DNA of 64,000 bases from an uncultured delta proteobacterium (lineage in GTDB: Bacteria > Desulfobacterota > Syntrophobacteria > BM002): contig CAVQGX010000011.1 of the NCBI GenBank assembly GCA_963712115.1, positions 22,048 to 86,047 on the forward strand. The letters run 5' to 3'. A program made the position numbers and the translations under genes. Shown here piece after piece: positions 43,338-54,507 of this stretch. Numbering within the stretch: the first letter of the stretch is position 1; each line of letters begins with the position of its first letter. The notes beneath the pieces were generated by a model, which was given only the letters and a program-made list of their open reading frames with translations, was not told the DNA's origin and made no database searches.

Positions 43338-43808
43338 ATGTCACTGCCAAAGTCAGGAAAAGAACTGTTAAGTCCCAATTATTGGTGGCAGGAGTTCTGC
43401 CGGCAGCTCAAAGAGTTGCGCGGTAAGCCCCATGAGATATCCTTGGGCATGGCCATCGGGGTTTTTATCGCCATCACTCCTACCATTCCTTTTCATACAG
43501 TGCTGGCCGTATCCCTGGCAGCACTCCTGCGAGGTAGCAAGCTGGCTGCGGCCTTAGGAGTCTGGGTGAGCAATCCCCTAACCATCCCTTTTTTCTACTA
43601 TGGGAGTTATCGCCTGGGAAGATTTGTTTTAGGGTATCCGCAGCTACCCCTGCCTGCTGACTACTCGTTGATTTCACTGATGAAACTGGGTAAGCATGTG
43701 ACGGTGGCAATGTTGCATGGCGGTGTGCTTCTGGGAATTTTGCCAGGCCTGTTGGCTTATTTTCTGACCTACAAATTCACCAGTTCCCCTCGTTTTCAGG
43801 GGAAATAA
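43338..43808 (+). CDS. DUF2062-family membrane protein
   Basis: PHEISLGMAIGVF, WVSNPLT. Confidence 0.8.
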   Translation: MSLPKSGKELLSPNYWWQEFCRQLKELRGKPHEISLGMAIGVFIAITPTIPFHTVLAVSLAALLRGSKLAAALGVWVSNPLTIPFFYYGSYRLGRFVLGYPQLPLPADYSLISLMKLGKHVTVAMLHGGVLLGILPGLLAYFLTYKFTSSPRFQGK

Positions 43809-43923
43809 CAGTACTCAATTCAGCACGCCTGGGGGTGTTAGGAATATTTCCATTCCCTTTGAGCAATAGGTATATTTTGCCTTCAGGGTTTTTATTTGAG
43901 CAGTAAACCTGAGCAGTTATAAA

Positions 43924-44787
43924 ATGATTTCCCCCAAACAAGCACTGAGGATTCTTGGCAGAAGGCCTACTAAAGGATTGGGACAGCATTTTCTCATCCA
44001 TCAGGCAACTGCGGAAAAAATAGCCGCCGCAATTCGTCCGGGGCCAGGTGATGTGGTGGTGGAAATCGGGGCGGGACTGGGGGCTCTGACTTTGCCGCTG
44101 AGCAGGAGTGGTGCGCTGTTGATCGCGGTCGAGATCGATGCAGAGCTGGTAAAATTTTTACGCAACGAGTTCGAGGAGAAGAGCAATGGCAAGGGGGTGA
44201 AAATAGAGTGTATGGATATACTGGAGCTGGATCTCATCGGTCTACATGAGCAGTTCCAGAGGAAAATGAAAATCATTGGCAACTTGCCTTATAACATAAG
44301 TAGCTCCGTTCTGTTCAAATTAATGGAAGCTGCAGATTGCCTCAAAGAGGCGGTTCTCATGCTGCAAGATGAGGTGGCAGAGAGAGTTCTTGCAGGTCCA
44401 GGCAATAAGAATTATGGAATTCTCTCGGTCATGGCCGCCTACCACAGTGAGCGCAGACGGGTTATGCGGGTCAAACCATCCCAGTTCTATCCCCCACCTA
44501 AAGTGGATTCCCAGGTCATAAGTCTGTGGTTTCGGGACTGTCCGCTAGCACCCCAGGTGGAACCATTCTGGCTGGTGCAAACAGTGAAGGCGGCTTTCTC
44601 TCACAGGCGAAAGACGCTGAGGAATAGTTTGTTGGCGAGCAAGTTTGGCAATCTGACCCCAGATTTCGTCAGTACAGCCTTGGAAGAGGCTTCAATTGAA
44701 CCGCGCCGGCGGCCAGAGAGTCTCACTCTCGAGGAATTTTTGCGACTGGCAGACGCATTGAAAGGGGTAACGGACAAAACTGGTTGA
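43924..44787 (+). CDS. rsmA: 16S rRNA m6(2)A1518/1519 dimethyltransferase
   Basis: LGQHFL, EIGAGLG, GNLPYNIS, FYPPPKVDS. Confidence 0.96.
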   Translation: MISPKQALRILGRRPTKGLGQHFLIHQATAEKIAAAIRPGPGDVVVEIGAGLGALTLPLSRSGALLIAVEIDAELVKFLRNEFEEKSNGKGVKIECMDILELDLIGLHEQFQRKMKIIGNLPYNISSSVLFKLMEAADCLKEAVLMLQDEVAERVLAGPGNKNYGILSVMAAYHSERRRVMRVKPSQFYPPPKVDSQVISLWFRDCPLAPQVEPFWLVQTVKAAFSHRRKTLRNSLLASKFGNLTPDFVSTALEEASIEPRRRPESLTLEEFLRLADALKGVTDKTG

Positions 44788-44844
44788 CGAAGAAAAACAG
44801 ACATGATAACAGTTACTAGTTCAAGTAATAATATAATCCGCTTG

Positions 44845-44970
44845 GATCCATTTGGTGGACTGAGACGGTAGCGAGCCAGTTGATCAGGCCGACGCAAGCG
44901 CGCGGTTAAACAGCGCAGCCCAATCCGGAGAGTGGTGAAGCCTTCTGGACGGTCGTCTTGGAGGCTTTTT
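44845..44970 (+). promoter_or_regulatory. Probable pan RNA motif leader
   Basis: Two hairpins with AGA bulges (ACTG-AGA..CAGT; TCCGG-AGA..CTGGA) then a T run, directly upstream of panD. Confidence 0.6.
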
Positions 44971-45042
44971 GCATGGCTGCCTACCGTGTAGAAGTTCAGT
45001 GGATGGAGATTGCATTCTCAAAGGCACGGAGGTGATGTGGTC

Positions 45043-45408
45043 ATGCAACGCATTTTCCTGAAAGCCAAGATTCATCGGGCACGGGTTACGGCCACCAGAT
45101 TGGACTACGAAGGCAGTTTAAGTATCGACCGGAGTCTAATGAGCGAAGTAGACATTGCCCCGCACGAACAGGTGGGAGTGTACAACCTGGCAAACGGCGA
45201 AAGGTTTGATACTTATGCCATTGCCGCTCCAGAGGAATCAGGAGAAGTCAGCCTCAACGGTGCGGCTGCCCGTAAGGGGCAACCGGGTGATCTAATTATT
45301 ATTGCTACCTACGCTCTGCTGGATGAAGAGGAATTAGCAACCCACCAGCCCAAGGTCATTTCGGTGGATGAAAAAAATCGACCTCGGCCAGGTGGTGGGG
45401 CTAAATAA
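45043..45408 (+). CDS. panD: Aspartate 1-decarboxylase
   Basis: KAKIHRA, YEG-S cleavage site, RFDTY, LNGAAAR. Confidence 0.96.
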   Translation: MQRIFLKAKIHRARVTATRLDYEGSLSIDRSLMSEVDIAPHEQVGVYNLANGERFDTYAIAAPEESGEVSLNGAAARKGQPGDLIIIATYALLDEEELATHQPKVISVDEKNRPRPGGGAK

Positions 45409-45411
45409 TAC

Positions 45412-46260
45412 ATGAGCATGTTCAAGTGGTTTAAAGCCCAGATTCGTGGCTACTTTTTGGCCGGTCTCCTCGTCATCGTCCCGCTGGGCGTCACCGTGGT
45501 TGTGATCACAGCTATTCTCAGGCTGATTGATCGGTTGCTCATCATAATCCCCCCGAAGTTTCACCCCCATACCTATTTAACCTTCAAAATTCCCGGTCTC
45601 GGGCTTGTCCTTGCCATTGTTCTTATAATGATCACCGGAATTTTAGTGAAGAACTACATTGGGCGTCGGGTGGTGGGCTTCGGTGAATACATCCTCTCCG
45701 GTATTCCTCTAGTGCGACCGGTATACGTGGCGGTCAAACAGGTCATCCAGGCAATGTTCGGCGACACGCCTTATGCTTTTAAGCGGGCTATACTAGTTGA
45801 GTATCCCCGCAAGGGCGTATGGGCTATTGCCTTTGTAACCGGAAAAACTTATAAGGAAATCGTTGAAAAGACCAAGAAGAAAACGATTAACGTTTTCTTG
45901 CCCACCACACCTAATCCTACATCAGGGTTCTATTTGGTTATTCCTGAAGAAGACACCATCCCGCTGGATATTAGTGTTGAAGATGCCTTCAAACTGCTGA
46001 TCTCCGGTGGCGTTGTTGAACCAGGAGGAAATATGCCCCAATTTCTATTCGGCAGGAAGCAACGCAATGCAAGAATGCAGCAGATGCTGGCGCAAAGCGG
46101 ACAGCTTGAAACCTCTGCCGCAGGTTCAGGGCAATGTGGTGACCAGTCTGAAGAGGCTGAGAAAATGAGTCGACCATCTGCGGACAAGTCCAGTCAACCC
46201 GCTGGCAACAGGAGGACAGGAGCCAGCAGTGAAGGGGAGACAGATTTGCCGGAAAGTTAA
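45412..46260 (+). CDS. DUF502-family membrane protein with a low-complexity tail
   Basis: FLAGLLVIVP, VEYPRKG, FLPTTPNPTSGF. Confidence 0.88.
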   Translation: MSMFKWFKAQIRGYFLAGLLVIVPLGVTVVVITAILRLIDRLLIIIPPKFHPHTYLTFKIPGLGLVLAIVLIMITGILVKNYIGRRVVGFGEYILSGIPLVRPVYVAVKQVIQAMFGDTPYAFKRAILVEYPRKGVWAIAFVTGKTYKEIVEKTKKKTINVFLPTTPNPTSGFYLVIPEEDTIPLDISVEDAFKLLISGGVVEPGGNMPQFLFGRKQRNARMQQMLAQSGQLETSAAGSGQCGDQSEEAEKMSRPSADKSSQPAGNRRTGASSEGETDLPES

Positions 46261-46356
46261 GCTTGACTAAAAAGCCAAACAAGCAGGCTTTAAACTAAAG
46301 ATTCAGCTGAAGAATATGAGCTCAGGGCTTAAAGTTAAAATAAGGAGGCTTATTCA

Positions 46357-47526
46357 ATGTCTACAACCAACTACCTTTTCACTTCTGAGTCGGTTGCGGA
46401 AGGACACCCGGACAAGGTAGCCGACAAAATTTCTGATGGAATCCTGGACGCCATCATGGCTGAGGACAAGCAGTGCCGTGTGGCTTGCGAAACACTGGTG
46501 ACCACAGGGATGGCCATAATTGCTGGCGAAATTACCACAACCTGTTGGGTTGACATGCCGCAGATCGTCAGGGACACAATCAGGGAGATCGGTTACAACA
46601 ATTCCGGGATGGGATTCGATTGGGAAACCTGCGCGGTGATGACTTCCATTGACAAGCAATCGCCGGATATCTCCCAGGGAGTAACTGCGGGTGAGGGTCT
46701 CTATGAAGAGCAGGGGGCTGGAGACCAGGGGCTCATGTTCGGCTATGCCTGCAGCGAGACCCCGGTTCTCATGCCCATGCCAATCTACTATGCCCACCGG
46801 GTAACCCGACGGCTGGCGGAGGCTCGTAAGAGCGGTGTTTTGGACTTCCTTCGCCCGGACGGTAAATCACAGGTGACAGTGGAATACGAAAACGGCACAC
46901 CCAGGCGAGTTCACACCGTAGTTGTAGCGGCTCAACATGTTCCCCAAGTGAAGTACGATACCCTCCGGGAGGGGATCCTTGAGGAGGTTATCCGCAAGGC
47001 CATACCAGAGGATATGCTTGATGATCAGACCAAGTATTTTATCAATGCCACAGGCCGGTTTGTAATCGGTGGCCCCATGGGAGACTGTGGTCTTACAGGC
47101 CGCAAGATAATCGTGGACACTTACGGTGGCCAGGGGAGCCACGGCGGTGGCTGTTTTTCCGGCAAGGATCCTTCCAAGGTGGACCGGAGCGGCTCTTACA
47201 TGGCTCGCTACGTGGCCAAGAATATTGTTGCCGCCGGACTGGCAGAAAAGTGTGAGGTTCAGGTTGCTTACTGCATTGGTGTGGCTGAGCCCGTGAGTTT
47301 GATGATTGACACCTTCGGTACCGGTAAGATTCCTCCGGACCGAATTGCGGAAATAGTACGGGACACTTTCAGCTTCAAGCCGGCTGAGATGATAAGACAT
47401 CTCAGACTGCTAAGACCCATCTTTAAAAAGACGGCCTGCTACGGGCACTTTGGCCGCAATGATCCTGATTTTACCTGGGAGTACACTGACAAGGTGGACG
47501 ATCTTAGGGAGAAGGCGGGGATCTGA
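46357..47526 (+). CDS. metK: S-adenosylmethionine synthetase
   Basis: [27 protein letters not shown]. Confidence 0.98.
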   Translation: MSTTNYLFTSESVAEGHPDKVADKISDGILDAIMAEDKQCRVACETLVTTGMAIIAGEITTTCWVDMPQIVRDTIREIGYNNSGMGFDWETCAVMTSIDKQSPDISQGVTAGEGLYEEQGAGDQGLMFGYACSETPVLMPMPIYYAHRVTRRLAEARKSGVLDFLRPDGKSQVTVEYENGTPRRVHTVVVAAQHVPQVKYDTLREGILEEVIRKAIPEDMLDDQTKYFINATGRFVIGGPMGDCGLTGRKIIVDTYGGQGSHGGGCFSGKDPSKVDRSGSYMARYVAKNIVAAGLAEKCEVQVAYCIGVAEPVSLMIDTFGTGKIPPDRIAEIVRDTFSFKPAEMIRHLRLLRPIFKKTACYGHFGRNDPDFTWEYTDKVDDLREKAGI

Positions 47527-47595
47527 GGCATAGAGCATAGCGCAAGCCGAAAATCTGAAAGTACTAAGACTCTGCGTGTTTTCCAGGAGGACTAG

Positions 47596-48858
<1,263 letters not shown>

Positions 48859-49023
48859 CGCCTATTACATCTCACATTTAGCATTTATCATTCAGAATTT
48901 ATCATTAAGAAAGCCATTCTCATTATTGTGATCTTTCAATGTGCAATGAAAAATGCACAATGAGAGATGTGAAATGGGCCCTTGCACTCAGTGCTATGCT
49001 ATTAGGTAGGTGGGAGTGAGGAC

Positions 49024-50235
49024 ATGAACACTCGGGCGACATTGGTACAGGTGTTCCTTTTATCTCTAACCTTGGTGCTTGCTGCAGCATGCGCACCCTC
49101 GCGGGTGGCCGCACCGGTTGCTGATCAAGAAGAAGCTCTTAGGGTAGTTGATCCGCTTTCGGTACCGCTGGAAAGAGACGACCTGGCGCGAAATCTATTG
49201 GAAGAAGCGATTAATAATAGCCTGAGCTACTACGAGAGGCTTTCCGAGGAGACAACATTCAAGTTCGGCTCCGAGGAAGTTCAAGTGGGGCGCGTCAAGA
49301 GATCTTTACGCACCTTTCTTTCTTTACTGAGTGAAACTAGCTCCTGGGCGGAACTGGCAGACAGAGTTAGAGAGAACTTTGTTATTTATCGGTCCGTCGG
49401 CCGGAACGCTGAGCAGGAGGTTCTATTCACTGGATACTTCGAGCCCACCATCCAAGGCAGCCTTAATCCGGACGAGCACTACCGTTATCCCATTTATGGT
49501 GTTCCCGATGATCTTGTCAATATCGATTTGGGACTCTTCAAAGACGAGTACCGGGGGGTGAAGCTGGTTGGACGCTCAGAGGGAAAACGGGTGGTTCCCT
49601 ACTACAAAAGAGATGAAATCGATTTCTACGGCAAGTTGGCTGGGAAGGGTTATGAGTTAGTGTGGGTGGCTGATCCAGTGGAACGCTTTTTTCTCCGGAT
49701 TCAAGGATCCGGGCGCATACGATTATTGAATGGAGAGTCTATTCGACTGGGATATGCTGCCAAGAATGGATGGCCATGGCGGCCTATCGGAAGAGTGATG
49801 ATCGAAGAAGGGCTCATACCAAAAGAGGCCATGTCCATGCAGGCCATTCGCCGCTATCTGAAGCAAAATCCTGAGGAAATGTCTGATATTTTTTCTTACG
49901 ATCCGAGCTATGTATTTTTTCAAACCGAAAAGGGGGGTCCTTTCGGCAACATAGCTGTGCCGCTAACGCCCGGGCGATCAATCGCCACCGACTCATATAT
50001 TTTTCCCAAAGGAGCGCTCGCTTTTATTGAATGTCAGAAGCCGGTTTTTGCCAAGGATGGCGTTATTCTGGGATGGGCTCCTTTCGGCCGTTATGTGCTT
50101 AATCAGGATACCGGGGGCGCCATACGTGGACCAGGACGGGTGGACCTGTTCTGGGGCAACGGCCCCTTCAGCCGCATTGCCGCCGGGCACCTCAAACACC
50201 CCGGTGCCCTGTATTTTCTACTCCTCAAGGAGTAA
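49024..50235 (+). CDS. mltA: Membrane-bound lytic murein transglycosylase A (lipoprotein)
   Basis: Lipobox AAAC, FTGYFEP, IQGSG, QDTGGAIRG..RVDLFWG. Confidence 0.92.
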   Translation: MNTRATLVQVFLLSLTLVLAAACAPSRVAAPVADQEEALRVVDPLSVPLERDDLARNLLEEAINNSLSYYERLSEETTFKFGSEEVQVGRVKRSLRTFLSLLSETSSWAELADRVRENFVIYRSVGRNAEQEVLFTGYFEPTIQGSLNPDEHYRYPIYGVPDDLVNIDLGLFKDEYRGVKLVGRSEGKRVVPYYKRDEIDFYGKLAGKGYELVWVADPVERFFLRIQGSGRIRLLNGESIRLGYAAKNGWPWRPIGRVMIEEGLIPKEAMSMQAIRRYLKQNPEEMSDIFSYDPSYVFFQTEKGGPFGNIAVPLTPGRSIATDSYIFPKGALAFIECQKPVFAKDGVILGWAPFGRYVLNQDTGGAIRGPGRVDLFWGNGPFSRIAAGHLKHPGALYFLLLKE

Positions 50236-50261
50236 GATGGCATAGCGCATAGAGTAAGATG

Positions 50262-50404
50262 GTTAAATAGTAGATTAGTGAAATCGTTACAACCGTAGTA
50301 ATCGTTCAAATCGTTGAAGCCGTCCACCACCGAGGTCAGAAGTCGGAGATCAGAGATCAGCTTTACCCCGACCTCCGACATCTGATCTCTGACCTCTGAG
50401 TTCT
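50262..50404. repeat. Composite repeat; inverted copy at 52661-52831
   Basis: 73-bp self-hairpin block matches the reverse complement of 52661-52734 with one mismatch and one indel; AATCGTT units also shared. Confidence 0.85.
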
Positions 50405-50432
50405 TTCCGCTGACAGCTTCCTGCTCTAATGT

Positions 50433-50756
50433 CTACTCTTCTTCCCCGTGATCGGTGGCAAATTTATCTGCCTCAACCACAGTCTGGATTATGAACTGGT
50501 TTATTACCCTTATCTCGTCGAATATTCTTGAAAGTTCCAGGAGCTTATCTAATTCGCCTGCTCTTATCACGGAAAACAACTCCTTCTGCACGAGACGGAA
50601 ACGGTCTATCAGCGCTGCCTCTCGCTGCTTTAGCTCGAGCAAGAACTCCTCTGGTAATAGCATTTCTTGATACCTTGATTCTAAGGCTAGGTAGGTTTCG
50701 CGGTAGTTATGGGCAAGTGTTTTGAGATGCTCGGCAAATGGGGGAAGATCATTCAT
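50433..50756 (-). CDS. Hypothetical helical protein
   Basis: GGAG RBS, 107 aa, amphipathic helical composition. Confidence 0.65.
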   Translation of the reverse strand: MNDLPPFAEHLKTLAHNYRETYLALESRYQEMLLPEEFLLELKQREAALIDRFRLVQKELFSVIRAGELDKLLELSRIFDEIRVINQFIIQTVVEADKFATDHGEEE

Positions 50757-51181
50757 AAAAAGCACTCCTGTCTGGTGGTCTTGGGCTGGAGGGCACAGTT
50801 GGCTAGATTGTAAATGGTATATGATCGGCGGCCAAGTAGTTTTTTGCCCTTGAATTTCTCCTTTTGCAATGCCATAATTAGCGAAGTTGCACAATTAATA
50901 TCATTTTTTCTTTCCGGGTATCTTTGCCTTAAACCGTAGTTGTCGGACGCGATTTCAGCTTTCTTCTATCCTTTTACCCGTGGCTCGTTTGGACATTGCC
51001 GGTAACTGAAAAGTGGACGGCTGTTTGCGATCAGTTTTGCTCAAAAAACGGCAATGGTCGGAGCAACCTCCGACTGCGACCCGGCGCGCAGCAAGATGCG
51101 GCAAATATAACCAGTTTGCCAAACTGGGAGTTAGTTTATCTTGTCAATATAGGGGTTAGCCCCTGAAGGTCAACAGAGGAA

Positions 51182-52582
51182 ATGCAGAAAACGGTAAACA
51201 TAGTTGTCTCAGAGCGGATCAGAGTGCCCTCCGCAGCTCTGCCACCGATGCTTAAAAAGAAGCTCACCGAAAGGCTTGTTTTTATCAATCCAGAATATGA
51301 GTTTCGCCAGAGTCGCGGGGAGTGGCTGGGTAGCATACCCCCACAGATTCACTGTATGTATGAACAAAGACGCAATTACTTCATACCAAGAGGGTTCCTT
51401 AATCAGTTGCTGGATCTCTGCCAGAATTTTGGGGTCACTTACCGATTGATTGACCGACAACGTGAGCTTGAACCGGTTGAGTTCCAATTCCACGGGGTGC
51501 TGAAAGATTATCAGGAACTGGCCTATGAGGAGATGATAACTAGAGATCACGGCACCTTGGTTGGTGGTGCCAAGAGCGGGAAGACAGTCATCGCCCTCTA
51601 TCTTATATCCCAGCGTCAACAGCCAACAATGATTGTTGTGCCCAATGTTTCTCTGCTGGGCCACTGGAAGGAAAAGCTTGTTCGTTTCCTCAAGGTGTCA
51701 CCGGAGGAAGTGGGTATTATAGGCGAGGGCAAGTTTGAGGTGGGTCCCCGGGTTTCGGTGGCACATGTAAGCGCTCTTTACCGCCGGGTACGTGAGGTGC
51801 GCGACAAAGTGGGGCATCTGGTGGTAGACGAGTGCCACCGTACGCCTTCACGTACTTTCACCCAGGTGGTTAGTAACTTTGACTGCCATTTTTTATTGGG
51901 GTTATCTTCTACCAATCAGCGGCGAGACAGACTCGCCCGGCTCATTTACTATTATGTGGGTGACATTCTTCATCAAATTGACGCTCGCAAAGCAACAGAA
52001 ATAAGAGCAATATTCCAGGCCGATGTAGTAGTTCGCCAAACCGACTTCGAGTATCCCTACGAGAGCAGTGATGACTATCCTGCCATGCTTAAGGCCCTGG
52101 CCAAGGACCCGGAGCGCAACCGGCTCATCGTGGATGACGTCTCCCGTGAAATGAGCGAGGGCGCTGGTGCCCCACTGCTGGTCTTGACCCAAGATGAAGA
52201 TCAGGACAACACCTTGAAGGATATGCTGGACAAGGAGGGGGTCTCGAGCGTATCACTAGACCCTGAAGTTGTTGGTAAAGGAGAAAAAAGGTTAGACGAA
52301 CAGCTAAAGAGTAAGAAAATCCAGGTGGTGTTGGCCAACCGTCAATTCTTTCAGAAGATGATTTCTGAGACAAAATTCGAAGCTCTGTTTCTTACTACTC
52401 CCCTCAATTTCAGAGGCCGGACAATAGGTTGGTTTCAGGGGATGTTGAGGCGCAATGATGGCCAGCCGTTGATTAAGGTATACGATTATGTAGACAGTAA
52501 AATAAGCATCCTTGATAATTTCTTCCGCATGCGCAGTTATGCTTACGGACTGCGGCTACCAAGAGCTGCTCCCCCAAGGTAA
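51182..52582 (+). CDS. Superfamily II DEAD/DEAH-like helicase with degenerate motifs
   Basis: Q-motif LKDYQ, KSGKT, DECH, GLSST, KVYDYVD. Confidence 0.85.
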   Translation: MQKTVNIVVSERIRVPSAALPPMLKKKLTERLVFINPEYEFRQSRGEWLGSIPPQIHCMYEQRRNYFIPRGFLNQLLDLCQNFGVTYRLIDRQRELEPVEFQFHGVLKDYQELAYEEMITRDHGTLVGGAKSGKTVIALYLISQRQQPTMIVVPNVSLLGHWKEKLVRFLKVSPEEVGIIGEGKFEVGPRVSVAHVSALYRRVREVRDKVGHLVVDECHRTPSRTFTQVVSNFDCHFLLGLSSTNQRRDRLARLIYYYVGDILHQIDARKATEIRAIFQADVVVRQTDFEYPYESSDDYPAMLKALAKDPERNRLIVDDVSREMSEGAGAPLLVLTQDEDQDNTLKDMLDKEGVSSVSLDPEVVGKGEKRLDEQLKSKKIQVVLANRQFFQKMISETKFEALFLTTPLNFRGRTIGWFQGMLRRNDGQPLIKVYDYVDSKISILDNFFRMRSYAYGLRLPRAAPPR

Positions 52583-52660
52583 ACCACCCACCGATCCATG
52601 GCATATAAACTATTCTTTCCCAGCTATTCTGTCACTAGAATGCAGGGGCTAGCAGCAGGC

Positions 52661-52831
52661 AGAACTCAGAGGTCAGAGATCAGATGTCGGAGGTCGTGGG
52701 TAAAGCTGATCTCTGATCTCTGACTTCTGACCTCTGCGATGGACGACTTCAACGATTTGAATGATTTCAACGCCTTTAACGATTTCCGCAAATTAAACGG
52801 TTGTAACGATTTGCCTAATAGACTGTTTAAC
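52661..52831. repeat. Composite repeat; inverted partner of 50262-50404
   Basis: TCAGAGG/TCTCTGA heptamer hairpin plus AACGATTT units. Confidence 0.85.
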
Positions 52832-52880
52832 AAACTGACCCCAAGCGCCTAGCGCTTTTCCATGATAGCGAGTAGAGTCG

Positions 52881-53660
52881 GTGAGCAGGTTACGGGTCGC
52901 TATTGGCGAACAATTAAGAAGCTGTCCCCAAGTGGTTACCCTCGGTGCACGCTCCCAAATAGGAGATTACACAGAGAAGGAACTCGAACTGCTCCGCACT
53001 GCAGACATCATTTTTTTCCCAACATCCAGATTTGTAGATCTTTTTGCTACCCTCGGAAAGTTAACGTTTCCAACCATTAACTGCTATCGTTTGCGAGGGG
53101 AGAGGCTGAAGCAAGTAGCCTTGTTCCGCATGCTTAACGTGCCTTATCCACGTACGCGTGTCTATTATGGTTATAAGCAGAAGCAAAAGATCCTTGAGGA
53201 CTTTGCTTTTCCACTCATTGCAAAAAAACCCCGTGGTTCAGAGGTTGGGAGAGATGTTTTTCTCATAAAAGACAGTGATAAATTGGAGCGGTACAATAGG
53301 AAAGTTAATCCAGCTTACATTCAAGAGCACGTCCAGCCGGAGATAGAATTGCGGGTAGTTGTTATCAACTACGAAAAGGTGTTCGGATCTTACCGGAGGA
53401 TAGTCGGTGGCGACTTCAGGGGAAATTCAGTCCATGCCGGAGCATGGCAGACAAAAGACATGCCCGGGGAGGCAATTACCCTGGGGAAAAACATTGCTCG
53501 GCAAGGCGGTCTCTCCGATGTGAGGGTGGAGATGATCTTCGATGGTAGCCAATTCCAGGTTCTTGAACTGAACTTCCAATATGACGAAATGGGGGATGTT
53601 TACCCCGGGCAGGAACGGTTCAAGACGATCATGGAGATGATTGAGCGGGGAGAGCTCTAG
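52881..53660 (+). CDS. RimK-like ATP-grasp protein
   Basis: VPYPRT, FPLIAKKPRGS..GRDVFLI, YIQE, FRGN, VLELN. Confidence 0.8.
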   Translation: MSRLRVAIGEQLRSCPQVVTLGARSQIGDYTEKELELLRTADIIFFPTSRFVDLFATLGKLTFPTINCYRLRGERLKQVALFRMLNVPYPRTRVYYGYKQKQKILEDFAFPLIAKKPRGSEVGRDVFLIKDSDKLERYNRKVNPAYIQEHVQPEIELRVVVINYEKVFGSYRRIVGGDFRGNSVHAGAWQTKDMPGEAITLGKNIARQGGLSDVRVEMIFDGSQFQVLELNFQYDEMGDVYPGQERFKTIMEMIERGEL

Positions 53661-54010
53661 TGCTAGCGCAGAGCGCTCCGCGCTTTGCGCGCGAGAAGGG
53701 CCCTTCGACAGGCTCAGGGTAAACTCGTCGGGAGGTCTAGCGAGACGGGGATTATGAGAAAGCTGAAAGCAAGCAGCTGTCAGCGGGCTGGGAATAGTCA
53801 CAGGGCTTCGCCGTCAGTCGGTTACGGTGTCATTCATAGTCATTTAGCCACTAGGGGTGGCCGTCATTACGCTTCGCTGTCATTAGTTGTCATATTAGAT
53901 CCCTCTGTGGGGAAAACGAATAACCATAAATGACGCCGTAGGCAAATGACCATAAATGACGATCGATTAGCCCTAATGACGCCATGCGCCTTGCGCCAGG
54001 CGAAATAACA

Positions 54011-54040
54011 TTGACAGTTCAGAGCGCGCCTCGCTATAAT
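54011..54040 (+). promoter_or_regulatory. Consensus sigma70 promoter of tRNA-Leu
   Basis: TTGACA-N18-TATAAT, 15 bp before the tRNA 5' end. Confidence 0.8.
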
Positions 54041-54055
54041 CACACCACCTAAATG

Positions 54056-54094
54056 GCCGGAGTGGTGAAACTGGTAGACGCGCTGGACTCAAAA
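54056..54094 (+). pseudogene. 5' half of tRNA-Leu(CAA), truncated after the anticodon loop (probable att junction)
   Basis: GCCGGAG TG GTGAAACTGGTAGAC GCG CTGGA CTCAAAA; no TCCAG, variable arm or T arm follows. Confidence 0.85.
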
Positions 54095-54115
54095 ACCAAA
54101 ACAGAGTAAAACGAT

Positions 54116-54160
54116 AAAGCCAGTGATTTCAGTTAATAATTTGATTTCACTGGCTTTTCT
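54116..54160 (+). terminator. Terminator-like hairpin after the tRNA half
   Basis: AAAGCCAGTGA...TCACTGGCTTTTCT. Confidence 0.6.
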
Positions 54161-54214
54161 TATGTCCAAATAAGTTGGGAAATGTTAGGTAAAATTAGGA
54201 TTTTTTTGACCTCG

Positions 54215-54236
54215 CGGGCAAAGTCACGGGCAAAGT
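54215..54236. repeat. Arm-type-site-like direct repeat
   Basis: CGGGCAAAGT x2 with a 12-bp period, about 120 bp from the tRNA junction. Confidence 0.55.
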
Positions 54237-54271
54237 GGGAACTCGGAGCATTGCTATGAAAGTAAAAATCC

Positions 54272-54354
54272 GCCCCGCTGCCGATGTCTTGACAACCCAC
54301 AAGATCATGTGGTGGAGTAAATTCTATCAAAGTGTGGAGTATGTAATTCACATT
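54272..54354. repeat. Right half of the 167-bp island unit (copy A, degenerate)
   Basis: CAAGAT box at the same spacing from AAAGTGTGG as in copy E; ends GTATG-TAATTCACATT. Confidence 0.6.
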
Positions 54355-54507
54355 TTAGCCAGACCAAGCCATAGTGGTGACCTAGGTGTGGGTCAGTATT
54401 TAGTTGAAAACTAGATACCTCCTAGGGGTCAGGCCAACTCTTAGCAGTTTTAGGGACGGCTGGTGTGGGGCCACACCCTCTGCGCTGGCCGTCCCTTTTC
54501 TTTGTCA

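Noticed and set aside
46260-46356. SAM riboswitch upstream of metK
   Set aside because: The spacer is short and lacks SAM-I consensus elements.
54272-54279. GCCCCGCT direct repeat (also at 61341) as the crossover core of a circularly permuted element
   Set aside because: Attractive, but only 8 bp, and both half units show weak similarity past it, so simple decay explains it equally well.
54095-54500. Group I intron in tRNA-Leu
   Set aside because: No recognisable P/Q/R/S core and no 3' exon within the window; the sequence looks like an att arm instead.
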